Shown in pieces: positions 24,301 to 36,590 of a stretch of DNA of 64,000 bases; position 1 is the stretch's first letter, and every line of letters starts with the position of its first letter. The notes below the pieces were generated by a model. The model was given only the letters and a program-made list of their open reading frames with translations, was not told the DNA's origin and searched no databases. A program made the translations under genes and the position numbers. This stretch comes from Selaginella moellendorffii. Taxonomy: Eukaryota; Plantae; Lycopodiophyta. The stretch lies in the NCBI RefSeq assembly GCF_000143415.4, contig NW_003314271.1, forward strand, positions 186,001 to 250,000, written 5' to 3'.

Positions 24301-27300
24301 GAGTCATTCTTTCTCTAGGATTGGAAGATTTTCCACAAATTTTCTTAGACTTTTCCAATGGCTGATCTGTTGGTCACTTTGCTCGAAAACCATTCCGTTT
24401 TCGTAAGCCAGTACAAACTAGTGAAGGGGTTGGAGTTGACTTCAGTTAGCTTACACCTTAGTAGGTAGTTTGTATGATGCAGCCCAAAAGGGATGCTAAC
24501 TTTTGGGGCTAAGGCAATTGAGTTGGATAGAGTCTGGAGTTAGTGTAGAAAAGTGGCCGTTGCACTTTTCTAAGAAAGGTGACCCTTGTGCCTTTCTTCT
24601 ATAGTGTTATGCTTGGTGGCAGGTTGCACCTTGCATTTTGTTAGACTCTATGAGAGTAGTGAGCTCTCACTAATCTTGACTTGGACTTGGTGGTCCTGCG
24701 CCTTGGCTGAGGATAGTGATGTCCAACTTGGTTATTTGAAGTTGAGATGTTGGTACCCGTACTATAGCTTTGTATAAGTGGAGGTTGTGTACCGACATGA
24801 GTCCATCTCATGGTCTTCGCTTGAGTTTCGACTTAGTTTTGATCATGTATAGCTAGCCTCTTCAAGGCATGCTCAGAGCTAGTAGCTAAATGTATTGGTG
24901 AGTTTATCGCGGTTGAGTTGGATTCGAGTGGTCATTTAGTTTGTGCTTGTCTATGAACCTTTATCTCGTCCTTGAGGTATTACGTTCAGGTTGGACAAGT
25001 GTATGACTCGATGACATGAGTTTAGTGTTTGGGTCTTGTGAAGGCAAGTTGAAAGAGTGATTGTTAGTTGCTTTGCGACTAGTGATTACTTGTAGACTTT
25101 GTCAAAGGCTTTTGATACTTGCTTCACTTGATGATGATTTAGCAGTGATGGGTTTACTTTACCAGATAGTGTTGCGGAGGATCGTGTCATTTGACTTACA
25201 TGGGTTTTCCATGTTGGCATGTCGACTCTACCTCTGTTGATATCATTTGGTTGCGTTTAGTTCATAGTGTTGGATTTCATTGAGTCTTGGACGTGGTGAT
25301 TCACTCCTTGAGGAAGTGTTATCTGTAACTGAGTTTTGCTAAAGGATTGGTCTCGGATACTAACTAAAGTATCTTCGACCTTGGTTAGCTTGGTTGCTAG
25401 AGAGCTTTGAGTGGTGATACATTCGTGCTTACTTCTAGTTTTGTTCTAGTGATGATAGCATTGAAATGATGCTCTGTCGTTGACATTATTGAGGTTGAGA
25501 TTCGAGTGAAATGAGATGTCTCTCCTTAGGATTGATATTGAGTTTCATTAGTCTTAATGAAGATAGTGTTGATGATTTGGCTATGGCTTTGTGTTATTGG
25601 CATTCGTACATTTGCTAGTTAGCAACTATGTTAGCATTCAAACGAGCTGAGTGGCAAGTTTGAGTTAGTTGTGTTCTAGATGAGATTATTTAGTAGGGGT
25701 TGAGCTTTGGCTTTTCCTTGAAAAGTGATTTAGTCGTGGATAACACTAACTTTACAAGAGGAAGAGTTAGTGATTGATATTGGAATGTTTGAATCCTTAT
25801 TGGATTTGAGTTGGAATATATCAATCATTGATGATTCTTCTTGTGCTTGTTATGAAGTGAGTTACGTCTTGCTATAGATGGATTCATGGAGGATCGTTTG
25901 GTGATCACTTGTTGAGCATAGCTTCGTTATGCTTAGCTTTTGGATTGATGCAGATATGCTCTTCATTAGCTTTGGCATTATGAAGTTTAGCTTATGGATG
26001 TGTTAAGGAAGATATTGTGGGTTGCACCATAATTTCTTCTTTAGCATTGAAGTTAGTTCATGTGAGACTTGTGATCATTGTTAGGCAAGACTTAGCTATA
26101 GACTTCTTCGAGCTTTTGGTTCTTTGAGTTTTATGCTCGTTGTTCCATTTGTTAGAAGTTGTTAGGGAAGGCATTTTGGCTGATTAGCTTCAATGTTGAA
26201 GTTGGTTTTTGCATCATTGGTGATGATTGACTATCATCTAGGATAATTGATTATCCTTGTCAAAGGTTTTGCTTGATTATTGTTGGTATAGAATGATTTG
26301 CTATTCTTCGGGATAGTAGATTCTTTCTTCAATGATGATTATGCATTTCTACATTTGATAGGATGATTAATGATCTTTTATGGTGGTTAGTTGTTCTCTT
26401 TGATGGCTTGTGGCTTTTCGCAATATCACATGTTCTTTGTGATTTGCTCTGGATTGGTCTCTTGGGTTTGAGACATCAGTAGGATGTTGCTGACACTTGC
26501 TTAGGCAACTTGAGTTCCTTGGTATTGTTGGCTGGGATCTATTCAGATTGGCTTTTGTGATAGTTGACAGGAATAAGTGTTTGTTGATCTTACCACATTC
26601 ATTCTGTTCTGTTGATTATTGCTCGAGTTAGTTTTGATAGATTGGGATGTTATTTCCTTCGGGTGATACATTTGTGAGCATTGTGCTTGTCAGTCAATGA
26701 TACTTTGTGTTCTTTGAGTTCTCTTTAGTAAGTTGTTTGGCATACTGTCTGCCATCTTCAATAGTGCAATTTCATTATTGAGTTTCCTTGATGATATACT
26801 TGCTATTGAATTTTGTTGGATGGTCAATCCTATGTTTTCCAAACATTATGATCTTGGTGGTTCCTATTTACAATCATATTGGTTTATCGGATGATAACTT
26901 ACTTGGAATACTTTTGTGTTCTAATCTAAGATATCTTCACAGATAATTACATCTCTAAAATATCATTGTCTATGACTTTGATATTGTCCATCTATTGATC
27001 TTTGCACTTGGGCCAGTATAGGCAGATTGGCTTCGGCACTTCGTGTGCATGTTGAAATCTCTAGTCATGGGGTAGCTACTGTCGACTGGTCACATAACCC
27101 GCCTCTCTGTCGATGTTCCTTATTCCGTTGAAAGGGCGTGACCGTGTAAACAACTCTAACTGCCTGTTTACAGTAGTTTATCTAAACCTTACCGACGGGT
27201 TTGGTTTCTTTGCTCAGGAGGGTTGGGGCCTCTAGCTTCTCTCTCTATGTTCCTGCGGGCAGGGCATATCACACTTTTGTAAGCTGGGTGACTCCCAAAG

Positions 27301-28678
27301 CAGCAGGGGTGGCTGACTCCGTTGGTCATTTCCTTGTCGGCGACGGCCAGAAGGTGTCTGAGCTGGTAGCGCATCCGCGTTAGACAAAGAGGTTACCCCG
27401 AACTCATTTAAGTTGGTGCATTTCTCACATAGTGTGAGTACCGTGAACTTTTGCTGGAGTTGTTTCCTTGGCGGTATTCTAGACTCGAGTATGCATCGAC
27501 GAGGACGTCGATCTTCCCTAGGGGGGGAGAGTGTCGCAAATGTGACTTCGGGTATCGAAAGTTACCTGTCAACTAGTCCTTACGGACACTCTTACCTTAC
27601 TGCCACGATGGCAGGAGGTCGGTATTGCTGGACCTGTTATTAGTCTCCGCCTAAGCTAGTTGAGAAACTGGTCATCACATGTGCACTTAGACCGGAAGGG
27701 CACTAAGGAAGGAAATCCTAAGTTGTCATTTAGTCAAGCAGACTTGACACGGTGATGAGAAACTCATGATGTTGGCTTGCACTTGCTAGTGTTGGGAACC
27801 CCCGCGATACTGAGCTTGGTCCCTCAATATCGCTAGATGATAGCTTACCGTGCCTGCCAAACACCCTCGCTATCATACCCTTTGTGTTGGTCTCATTTCG
27901 GTCCCAAATGCTATTTATGGAAAGTGTCTAGATTAGCTCACTTGGCATATCTACGGAATGTAGAGATTGGCCTGAACACAATGGTGTTCTTCCCATGTCC
28001 AAATTCGCAATCTAAGGACATTCCATGTTTAGTAAGTTTCGGACTTGTCCCAGAGACTAACTCCTGATACTAAGGGAGGCTTGGGGTGAAAGCCCAAAGC
28101 GTGTGTTCCTCAAGGGGGGGGGGCTGTGGGGGGTTCCAAATGTATAGTAGGGATAGTGGGTAGGTCGGGCATGGCCGACCAACCTGAGGCATAGTCTAGC
28201 TCCCGCTTGCGTGCCTGTCCTTGTTTTGCGTCCGGCTTGGGTCTAAGCCCAAGTTCCATTCCATGCTAGTTGGTGGAGTACCCATATCCCCACGCTAGGC
28301 CACCAGTTGCCGAAATAGCGCCAGACCCTGTTTGGCTCCGTTTTGCGTGCTAGTCCTAGCATTGGGATGATAGTTGCTTCAGGACTGTTCCAAGTCGCTT
28401 CGGGCTCCTATCCCTTCGCTCCTTGGGCTTTATGCTCGGGAGTTGCTCCGTGGTTCGGTTCCGTCACTCCTTGGCTCCATGCTTGGGAGTTTGGCACCGT
28501 TCCTTCGTTCAGTGGCCCAAGGCCCTGAACCTCAGGTTCTATGGACACGTGGCATGGACATGTGGCATGTGACACGTGGCATCTGTCACGTGGCACAAAG
28601 AGGGTTTAGGTTCCGCTTCGTGGTGTTATCCTATGGTAAATCACCGTAGGATAAAGGATCAAAACCACGTGCGCTACA
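21380..28678 (+). mobile_element. Family F non-autonomous LTR retrotransposon, young copy
   Basis: 1147-bp LTRs 21380-22526 and 27532-28678 with about 9 transitions by eye; PBS TGGTATCAGAG 22529; PPT AGGGGGGGAGAG; 5-kb internal region without long ORFs. Confidence 0.95.
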
Positions 28679-28699
28679 GTGTCCAGACCTTCCATTGCA

Positions 28700-29505
28700 G
28701 CAGCACCAACAAGATGTTGTTGACGCCAAAGTCTCCACCTAGGAAATGGAGGCACTAATCTGGAAAACACTGATAATGTCGATAAGTGTGATCAACTTCA
28801 TCACATGCCCAACAGCAAACATCACGGCCACGACCACATCCTCACCCTTGTCCTTGGACTCGAGCAGCAGTGCATCAACCTCCATTAGAATAGGACTATC
28901 GCCCATAGGAAGTGGAGCGAAAGGACGGGCAGCAAGAAGTGGAAAAGGTGATATCTCATAACATTATGCCAAGTGAAGAGCATCATTCCTAGCTTGATCT
29001 GATTTGACATATTTGGCTCTACACAAAGTAAAAGGCTTCAGAAACAAATGTCAAATTGCATCACCAACTCAAATGACCCTTGATGAAGACGATACAATTG
29101 TTATAAGGCATCATCACAATCGCTAGCATGTTCGAATGCGCGTTTGAAGACATCCAGGAGAACACTTCAATCCCCACGAGTGGCTACACTCAAACCATTG
29201 TAGCATTGCAGCGCCATCCTTTGGAGACACGTGGGAAACTCATGCAAACGTCGGGCATCATCCCAAGAATGATATGTGGCAATCACTGTGAAATGATTGA
29301 ACCAATGGTACACATCATCCCTAGGATTCCCACGAAAGAACTCTAGCCGAATGCAAGGATTGGCACCAAGACCAAGAGGAGCTGTACCATGTGTCGTGAA
29401 TCCTGCCATCAACTGAGTTTGGTTGTTCAATTGCAATTGCATAGCATCAAGCAATTGCACCAACTACTACTCTAGAGTCAGAGGAGGAGATTGTTGCTTT
29501 GCCAT
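28700..29505 (-). pseudogene. Family H gag remnant
   Basis: ATG 29505; FRGNPRDDVYHWFNHF...SWDD...LQRMALQCY gag-like motifs; in-frame stops. Confidence 0.75.
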
Positions 29506-30997
29506 GAAAATGAATGAAAAAGAAAGAGCAAAAAAAGAGAAATGAGAAGAAAACTATAAGGAAAGGGAGATCTAAACAATGGAAAAACTAGATTTAAACC
29601 AAAATCCTGAAAAGAAAGAATAAAAGAAAGGAAATGGAAAAAACTAGATTTAAACAATGCAAAAGCTAGATTTAAACCAAAATCCCAAATCCAAGCACTC
29701 CTTAAGGACAATGAAATGTGCCCCTCATCTTCACTAATGTGAGTGCTTGGAATATGGAAAGGGAATATAATGTGCAATATCAATTAGCCCAAAAACCCTA
29801 ACTTATATACAAGAATGAGTGGTCTGGATTGAAATCAATCCAACGGTCAAAATCCCACTACGCTCATATTAGTATATGGCATCATAGCCGTACACTTAGC
29901 CCTCACAACACAAAATTATAATGTATATAATCATACTATAATGGTAATTAAAACATGATTATAATATTTTTATGGGACATATATAAATCCAACCCACAGG
30001 GCACAATGAGTAAGGCCAATTCTCTTTTAAAGGCCATTTTTTAATCTTCATAGAAGAAGTGCACTTTCCTCAAAATGATTGAGTTCCAAATACCACAGAA
30101 GGACAAGTGTTTTAGCTGCTCAATCAAGTTTAGAGAGATATGGTTTCTCTTTTGGGAGGCCAAGAAGATCACTTTAAATTATATAGATCTGGAGGGGCTG
30201 AAGAAGATGAACAAGAACAAGTGTGCATTATTGAGCATATACACTTTCATCTTGGGCTAGGCAATGTACAATTTGTAATCCATACCCAGAGTGCAAGGTG
30301 CCTATACATCATGTTCCAGAACACCTGTAAGAAATAAATCTATGCAATTTTCACATAATGTGTTCACAAAAGCAAGATGCTCACCTATGCCATAGAAACT
30401 AACATTTTCACAAGCTTTTTCTGGTCACTATGTCAAACTTGCAAGGATGTGTGTTCAAAAAATGAGCTCTTATATTCCCCATACCTTAGAGTGAAGGATT
30501 AAAAACGTTGCGGCAAATATCATTATACTATATCCTCTCTACGGGTTGTAAATCAAAGATACTTAAGGACCATTGGTATGTGGTTAACAATCCATGAAGA
30601 TTTGCATCACATACATACCATTATCATAACACTGTGTTTGAAAGATAAAAACCTAAAATATGTCAGACTGCCAACATTAAGGATTCCACATAGACTGCCA
30701 ACATCTAAGGATTCCACATAGCTTTTAGATAAAGTGTGTGTATGGGACAAGCACTCACCTTTATATTTGGAAGGTGTACAATTTGGGGAACAATGACAAT
30801 AAGAGCAATGCTTTGCAAAAAACCAAGAGCCTCACTTAAACACTCATGAGGACTCATGAGTATATCTTGAGCAATCCACAAAACGGATAGCACCTTCTTG
30901 CAGATGAAGATCACTGCAGCATGTTTCTCTTTTTATCTTTTACCTGAGTGGGGAAGTAGCATTAAGAATGTGTTGCATTTCTCTTTAAGTTTTGCAG

Positions 30998-32147
30998 GAA
31001 AAGTTGTGAACATTTGAAGGCTTAACATGGTTCTCGACTCTTTGAGTGGATGGTACCGAGATAGAGGCTACTTTGCACAGGTAGAGTTTTCCGCATTTCA
31101 TTTTTTGAGGTGGTTCTAGTGACAGTACACAGGTGACAGACCTGGAGATAATGCCAGACAATATTCTCAAAGTACAATTTGCTGAGGCAGTAGTTAACAG
31201 CATCAATATACGATTTTTGGACAGGAAAACATAAGGTTTTCTAGTCTGAAAGAAGTAAGGGTGTGTGAAAAGTTGAACTTGTAGGGGGAAGCCGACTGTC
31301 AGGAAAACAAGGCTGAAACATTGCTTCATCAGCTTACGACGAAAAAAGAACAGATGAATGAATTCCAAAATCTTTTTTGTTTCTAGCTTTAGACCCTGTA
31401 TGATAAATTTACAGGTATACAGCTTGCAACAAGGTAGACAAGATGCCGAAACGGTCTTTACAATGGGAACTATGAAAGATGTCAATATCGTGCCACAAGC
31501 TGCTGGAGGTATCATTTCTATTGTTTTATATGTTATTGAAGAGGTATTATTTTCAGATATTGGATGGTAGAATTGACAATGAATGTAGTGGAATGTGTAC
31601 CTGGAGGATTTTCTGCAGGAGGGTTGTCAGGAAACGGGTATGTCATCACAACTTATAAGACTGAATTGATTTTCTAAATACCACCATCTGCGCAGCATGA
31701 TGAACAGAGCATTGTCAGGTTTAGTTGGGAGGTAAGACAGTGTATGCATGCCATTTATCTTCAAAGCTACTAACTTGAATTTACACAGTGAGCAGGAGCC
31801 CGGGATAAACATGGTCAGGCCAAGACTATTGATGTGTATGGGGGACCACTTACATTCAGGTAGTCAGTGTCTTCACTTGGTTCTTCTTTTATAGAGAGTT
31901 TTATATCTGTAGTGGCAAAGTGCATGACAACATGCTCATTGCGAAGCTTGAGCTGGTATACACAGATTTGAGTAATTATGGCTCTTCTCAGGTACAGTAT
32001 CATTGTTTGCTTGTCTTTTTTCGCCGCCAACCGCTTCTTTTATGTTCCAGCTTGTTTTAAACAAGGAGCAAGGACTGCCAATTGCTTTGGATTGGCTTTT
32101 CTTCAATCGTGTCAACATCAAGGCCCTTGAGGGTGTGAGGATTGGGG
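30998..32147 (+). pseudogene. OEP80: Outer envelope protein OEP80/TOC75-V (Omp85 family) internal gene fragment with introns, pseudogenised
   Basis: Exons translate GKVVNI*RL..GWYRDRGYF, AEAVVNSINIRFLDRK, QLTTKK, VYSLQQG..MGTMKDVNIVPQ, GGFSAGG, AKLELVYT, EQGLPIALDWLFFNRVN; stop, frameshifts, two GT>AT donors. Confidence 0.88.
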
Positions 32148-32299
32148 GGTTGTTAAAGGTGGGATGGACCTTAGTTAAAGAGCCAAGGAATAAACATAAT
32201 TGACATCAAAGAATAATGTAAGGTGTTGTTATTTAAAAAATTCCATCATATGAATATGTTTGAAGTTAGTTGTGGAAAATACTATTGTGTCAACTTTTT

Positions 32300-33600
32300 A
32301 AGGCCATCCCTAATAGAATGGACAAGATTGGGATAAGGACGAAATATAGCTTTTTGTTGATTGCCCAATGAAAATGCTGAGACTAAACATCCTTTTTAGA
32401 AAACGTTTCAAGTTATGGAGAAAATTCAAGTGAAAATTAGACAAAAGAAAACCCATAAATTAGTATGAGTTAGACCGACAACCAATATTCTTTAGCAATA
32501 TATTCAAGTACAAAGACAGATGTCTAGAAAACATAAAAGATAGAGGAATAGACAAGGCATATCAGGATATACACAAGGTAGGGTTATCTATTGTTGCGGA
32601 GGCTATTAAGAGCATTTTAAATGTATTAAATTTTGAAATATCACATAAAAAAGTTTGAATTAGCCTTTGTTGAAGCCTGAAAATACAAAGCCAATATAGT
32701 GGATAGGAAATGGGAAGATAGCTATACAACAGTATAACTACATAATCTTCAATGTAAATCCAATAGGTCAGTTGTTACCATTTATAATACCAGCTAAAAG
32801 CATAAATCTTGATATGACAAAGGCTGAACCAATTCAAGTAGTAAGAATGAATAAAAACACAAAAAAAATTGGACCTCACTATAATAGAAAGGTACATTGC
32901 CAAATTATATTAGTTTAGGTAGTAAAATATTCAAGAATTAACATGGAATCCAACAAAATGGGCTTAGCAAGGAGTAAAGAAAGGAAAATCTTTTGGATAT
33001 GAAACAAAGATAAAAAGAAAATTTATAAGGCTGAACAATGTTTCATTGTTAATAATAAGGATGAAACATTTGAATATTCAAGATATTATTCAAATGGCCA
33101 TGTTAAAAAGCTTATGGAAAGGACAGTGGGTTGTTAAGACAAGATAATCCATGTGGTTTGTCATGCAAGAGCACTTGTTGTCCAAACAAACATATACCTC
33201 TTAGATCAATCCTCTAATAAATATGATGTTAGTGAGACACATAGATACATACTTTGGGAATGCAAGAATATATAAAATATGTGGAGAAGGACATGCTAAC
33301 AGCTGCAATAATACTCCCAAAAATAAATATGTCTAATATACAAAACTGTAATATGGGGAGAAACAATTGCTAAGATGAGAAATGGAATATATTGTTAGTT
33401 CAATATGTTTATTGACTCAAAAGATACCTTTAATATATCCATATGGATTGTGTTGGTTAAACCAAGGGTTACCATTTTTCATTGAAGACCACTTGCTTAA
33501 AACTGGTAGCTGTCTAAATATGGGCTCGAATGGTAGGCCATATGCTCCATTTGGAGAAAAAAGAATGGTGAAATAGGGAAAAAAAAGAAAAAAAAGAAAG
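32300..33600 (+). mobile_element. LINE (L1-type) ORF2 C-terminal remnant
   Basis: ETHRYILWECK..MWR zinc-knuckle-like motif near 33235-33290; A-rich strand bias; boundaries uncertain. Confidence 0.5.
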
Positions 33601-33799
33601 AAGCAAAATCTAACATTTGTTATGGAAATAAGGTGAAACAAGTATTCATGAACAGATATAGACACCACTGAATGGATGGTTTCAAATGACATCATTTAAG
33701 ACAGTCATCAAGATCCAAGTAATTCCCCCCTTGAGAGAGTTTTTGTTTTGTTAAACACAAAACCAACAAATACTCAAGATGTTTTTTTAGTAAATAAAA

Positions 33800-34850
33800 A
33801 GCCCTATTTAATGAAGTTGGACTAGAGTCAAACTCAATAAGGACTTCTTTCCTTGCTAATTCTTCCAAACCTGTTCCCTTGATTAAGGTTGCACTAGATA
33901 GTAGGTAAGGATAGTGGAATCTCATTAATCCATATCAAATTAGAATAAAACTCAATAGAGTTTTCTTTCTTTATTGATTCTTCTAAGCTTGTTCCCTTGG
34001 TTGTGGTTTCGCTAGATAGTAGGTAAGGATAGTGGAATTTTATTAATCCATTCATATACGTCACTAATTAGATGACAAAGCATTTGGCTACCTTAAGAGA
34101 GTTATATTTACTCCTGCCAATTACTTAGGCTTTCACTTTGACATTTAGAGCATTGGGCAAAATCATATTGCGTCCATAGGGACTATTACAATGTTAGATT
34201 CCTTTTATTCATTCAAATTTTGCGTCAATTGTCAAAGAATTATAAGCTCTTGAATTTGGATTTCCTGAGAAGTCATCCAGCCTAGTACTACTCAAACTCA
34301 AATATGCTTAATTCCAAATATCCTAAAACCTTTAACTAATTAGAAAAAAGGGTGCATTTTTATTCATGAGCCCTTTCCCTCTATATTTGAACTCTTATAA
34401 ATTATTTTTTAAATCATTCTCTTTGGTTACTTACAATATGTCCCTTTCTTTTATTAATTGATATTTAACCAACTCAACACAATCAGCATGGACACATTAA
34501 GGGTGTCCTTTGAGTTAATAGACCTATTGAAAGGGAATATATAGTAGATTCCATCTCTTAAGATCAATCAATTTGTTCACATAGAACTTTTTTCTACTTC
34601 AATCTTTAAAGTTCTCATTTAAATACTTGCTAATACCACCAATATCTACATCAAGGGCTATTTCACTTGGGCTTGTGCCCAAAGTTGCACCATGACCCCC
34701 ATGCCCTTCTATTATACACTCTTTACTGGATTTTGACTTCTATGACCACCATCTTGCTATCTTAATCAATAAATTAGGATCTAGGTTATTGCACACTTTG
34801 GCACTATAGCCTAGCTTTTGGTTCATTCCATATTGTCACTTCTACTTGTT
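33800..34850 (-). pseudogene. Decayed 26S rRNA fragment with an internal ~120-bp duplication
   Basis: GTTTCGCTAGATAGTAG...ATTAGATGAC..GCATTTGGCTACCTTAAGAGAG and AAAGTTCTCATTT...ACCACCAA match LSU (rc). Confidence 0.88.
34241..34435 (-). mobile_element. Old solo 5S-containing LTR inside the 26S fragment
   Basis: Homologous to 9657-9850; ends TTACA; TSD not recognisable. Confidence 0.85.
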
Positions 34851-35049
34851 TGAATGCTTGGAATTGATTAGGTTGGACCCTAATCTTTTAAAGTCTATCA
34901 TATTTGGTTGGTGGTATGAATCTCAAGTTAAATATGACTTCTATAAGCTAAAGGAAGTACTTTATAATTAGGATACTTTTAAGCACCAAACTTGCCAATG
35001 CAAATAATGGCTATAAGTGAACTACTTGGATGAATGCATATCACTAGTA

Positions 35050-36035
35050 GCCTAGGTCATTGAGAAAAGTTTTAATCACATCACCCTTAAGCCACTCTAG
35101 ATCATAAAAATCATCACTAAAATATGTGATGCTTGGGATTGCATTACTAGTTAAAAATGTACATCTAGAATTGCTAAGCAATGAAATGGTTGTTAAATAG
35201 CACATTAATCATCCAGTTTGATTAGCATTCCACTTTTGCCAATTAACTCCAATGGTAGATGTGATGACCATCTCCAAGACACAATGCTAGTTTGAATGGA
35301 TATATCAATATCTATTCATCAGTAGCATTGACAAAGTAGTTAATATATCTACATTCTTCTGTAAAATATTAGCTTAGGGAGAAACACTAACATAGATGAA
35401 TAGTGAGGATTTTTCTCTTACAGTATTTGACAACAATATCTTGGAAAGTCCCGAGATAATTATAAAGCAATTGCTTTTCTATAGAAAATCCTACCTCAAC
35501 AGTTAGACCTCCTGTATCTAATAGGAATTTATAAGATGCACAAAAATAATGTGCTAGCTCACAAAGACAGATGGGTGTGTGTTTTAAGAAATCACTATAT
35601 ACCTAATGGCTATCCTTAAAGGGATACAGATGCACTGCAAAACGTGGTAGATGATTTTTATGCAAAAGCCAAGTGTTTTAGAGGAGAAACAAATGCGTAT
35701 TAGATCTGGATCCATGCAAGAATTTGCCATTAACGTCTTTGACAAAATAACAACGATTTATATAAGTGATATAACCAAATGTTATGAGGCAATACCTTTA
35801 GAGGGAGACTAAAGCCTCACTACAACCATGATCCATCTCATCAATTTAGCTTTCACAACCACCTCTAAAAGGATTTATTTTTAATTTAGAGAAGATAATA
35901 ATTTTGAGGTTGAATGGAAACCTTTATGCTATTCATCAATTAAGGCTACCAGAATTGAGCAAAATAACTTCATCATCCAGCATACATATGTCCATTTGGG
36001 TAATAAAATTTAGAGACAAATCTCTATAATTCCAA
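35050..36035 (-). mobile_element. Possible LINE endonuclease-region remnant
   Basis: WNYRDL near 36030 (cf. WNxRGL) and EWLKGDVIKTF near 35080 (cf. WLxxGDxNTxFF); very degraded. Confidence 0.35.
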
Positions 36036-36039
36036 TAGG

Positions 36040-36440
36040 TTTTTGGGGGGGGGGGGTGTTTTGAAATGTATAGTATGGATAGTAGGTTAGGCATGGTTGA
36101 CCAACTTAAGGCATAATTTAGCTCCCATTTGCATGTCTGTCCTTGTTCTACGTCCGCTTGGGTCTAAGCCTAAGTTCTATATCATGCTAGTTGGTGGAGT
36201 ACCTATATCCTAACGTTAAGCCACCAGTATGCTAAAATAGTGCCAAACTTCGTTTGGCTCCATTTTGCATGCTAGTTCTGGCATTGGGAAGTTGAATGCT
36301 CTAGAACTGTTCTAAGCCGCTCCATGCTCCTATCCCTTTGCTCCTGAGGCTAAATGTTTATGAGTTTCTTTATACTCTAATTTTTTTGCTCCTTGGTTAC
36401 AAGTTTGGGAGTTTAACTCCATTCCTTCATTTAGTGGCCC
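36040..36440 (+). repeat. Family F LTR fragment
   Basis: Colinear with ~21960-22365. Confidence 0.8.
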
Positions 36441-36464
36441 ATTTGATCATAGAGTGTATGTGAG

Positions 36465-36590
36465 GTAGTAGACATTCCCTCAAAACACAAGTTGTATTTA
36501 AAATTTTAATGATTTACAAAATTCTATAATTCACATCATGTATCACATTTTATTGCATTCTTTATCATTGTAAAAGCCTTGCTAAGAGTA
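36465..36590 (-). pseudogene. Second 5.8S rRNA pseudo-copy, start of a block duplicated with ~13110-14030
   Basis: AATTCACATC...ATTCTTTATCATTGTAAAAGCCTTGCTAAGAGT, homologous to the 13110-13247 copy. Confidence 0.75.

Larger units (their letters stand above)
17508..29907 (-). mobile_element. Ty3/gypsy non-chromovirus (family H, possibly Selgy-like), degenerate, with nested insertions
   Basis: LTRs 17508-17683 and 29738-29907; 4-bp TSD ACAC; PBS TAGTGAAGATGAGGGG resembles the tRNA-Ala complement; PPT ~17684-17700; no chromodomain seen. Confidence 0.85.

Noticed and set aside
30985-31515. 176-aa minus-strand ORF
   Set aside because: Antisense to recognisable OEP80 exons.
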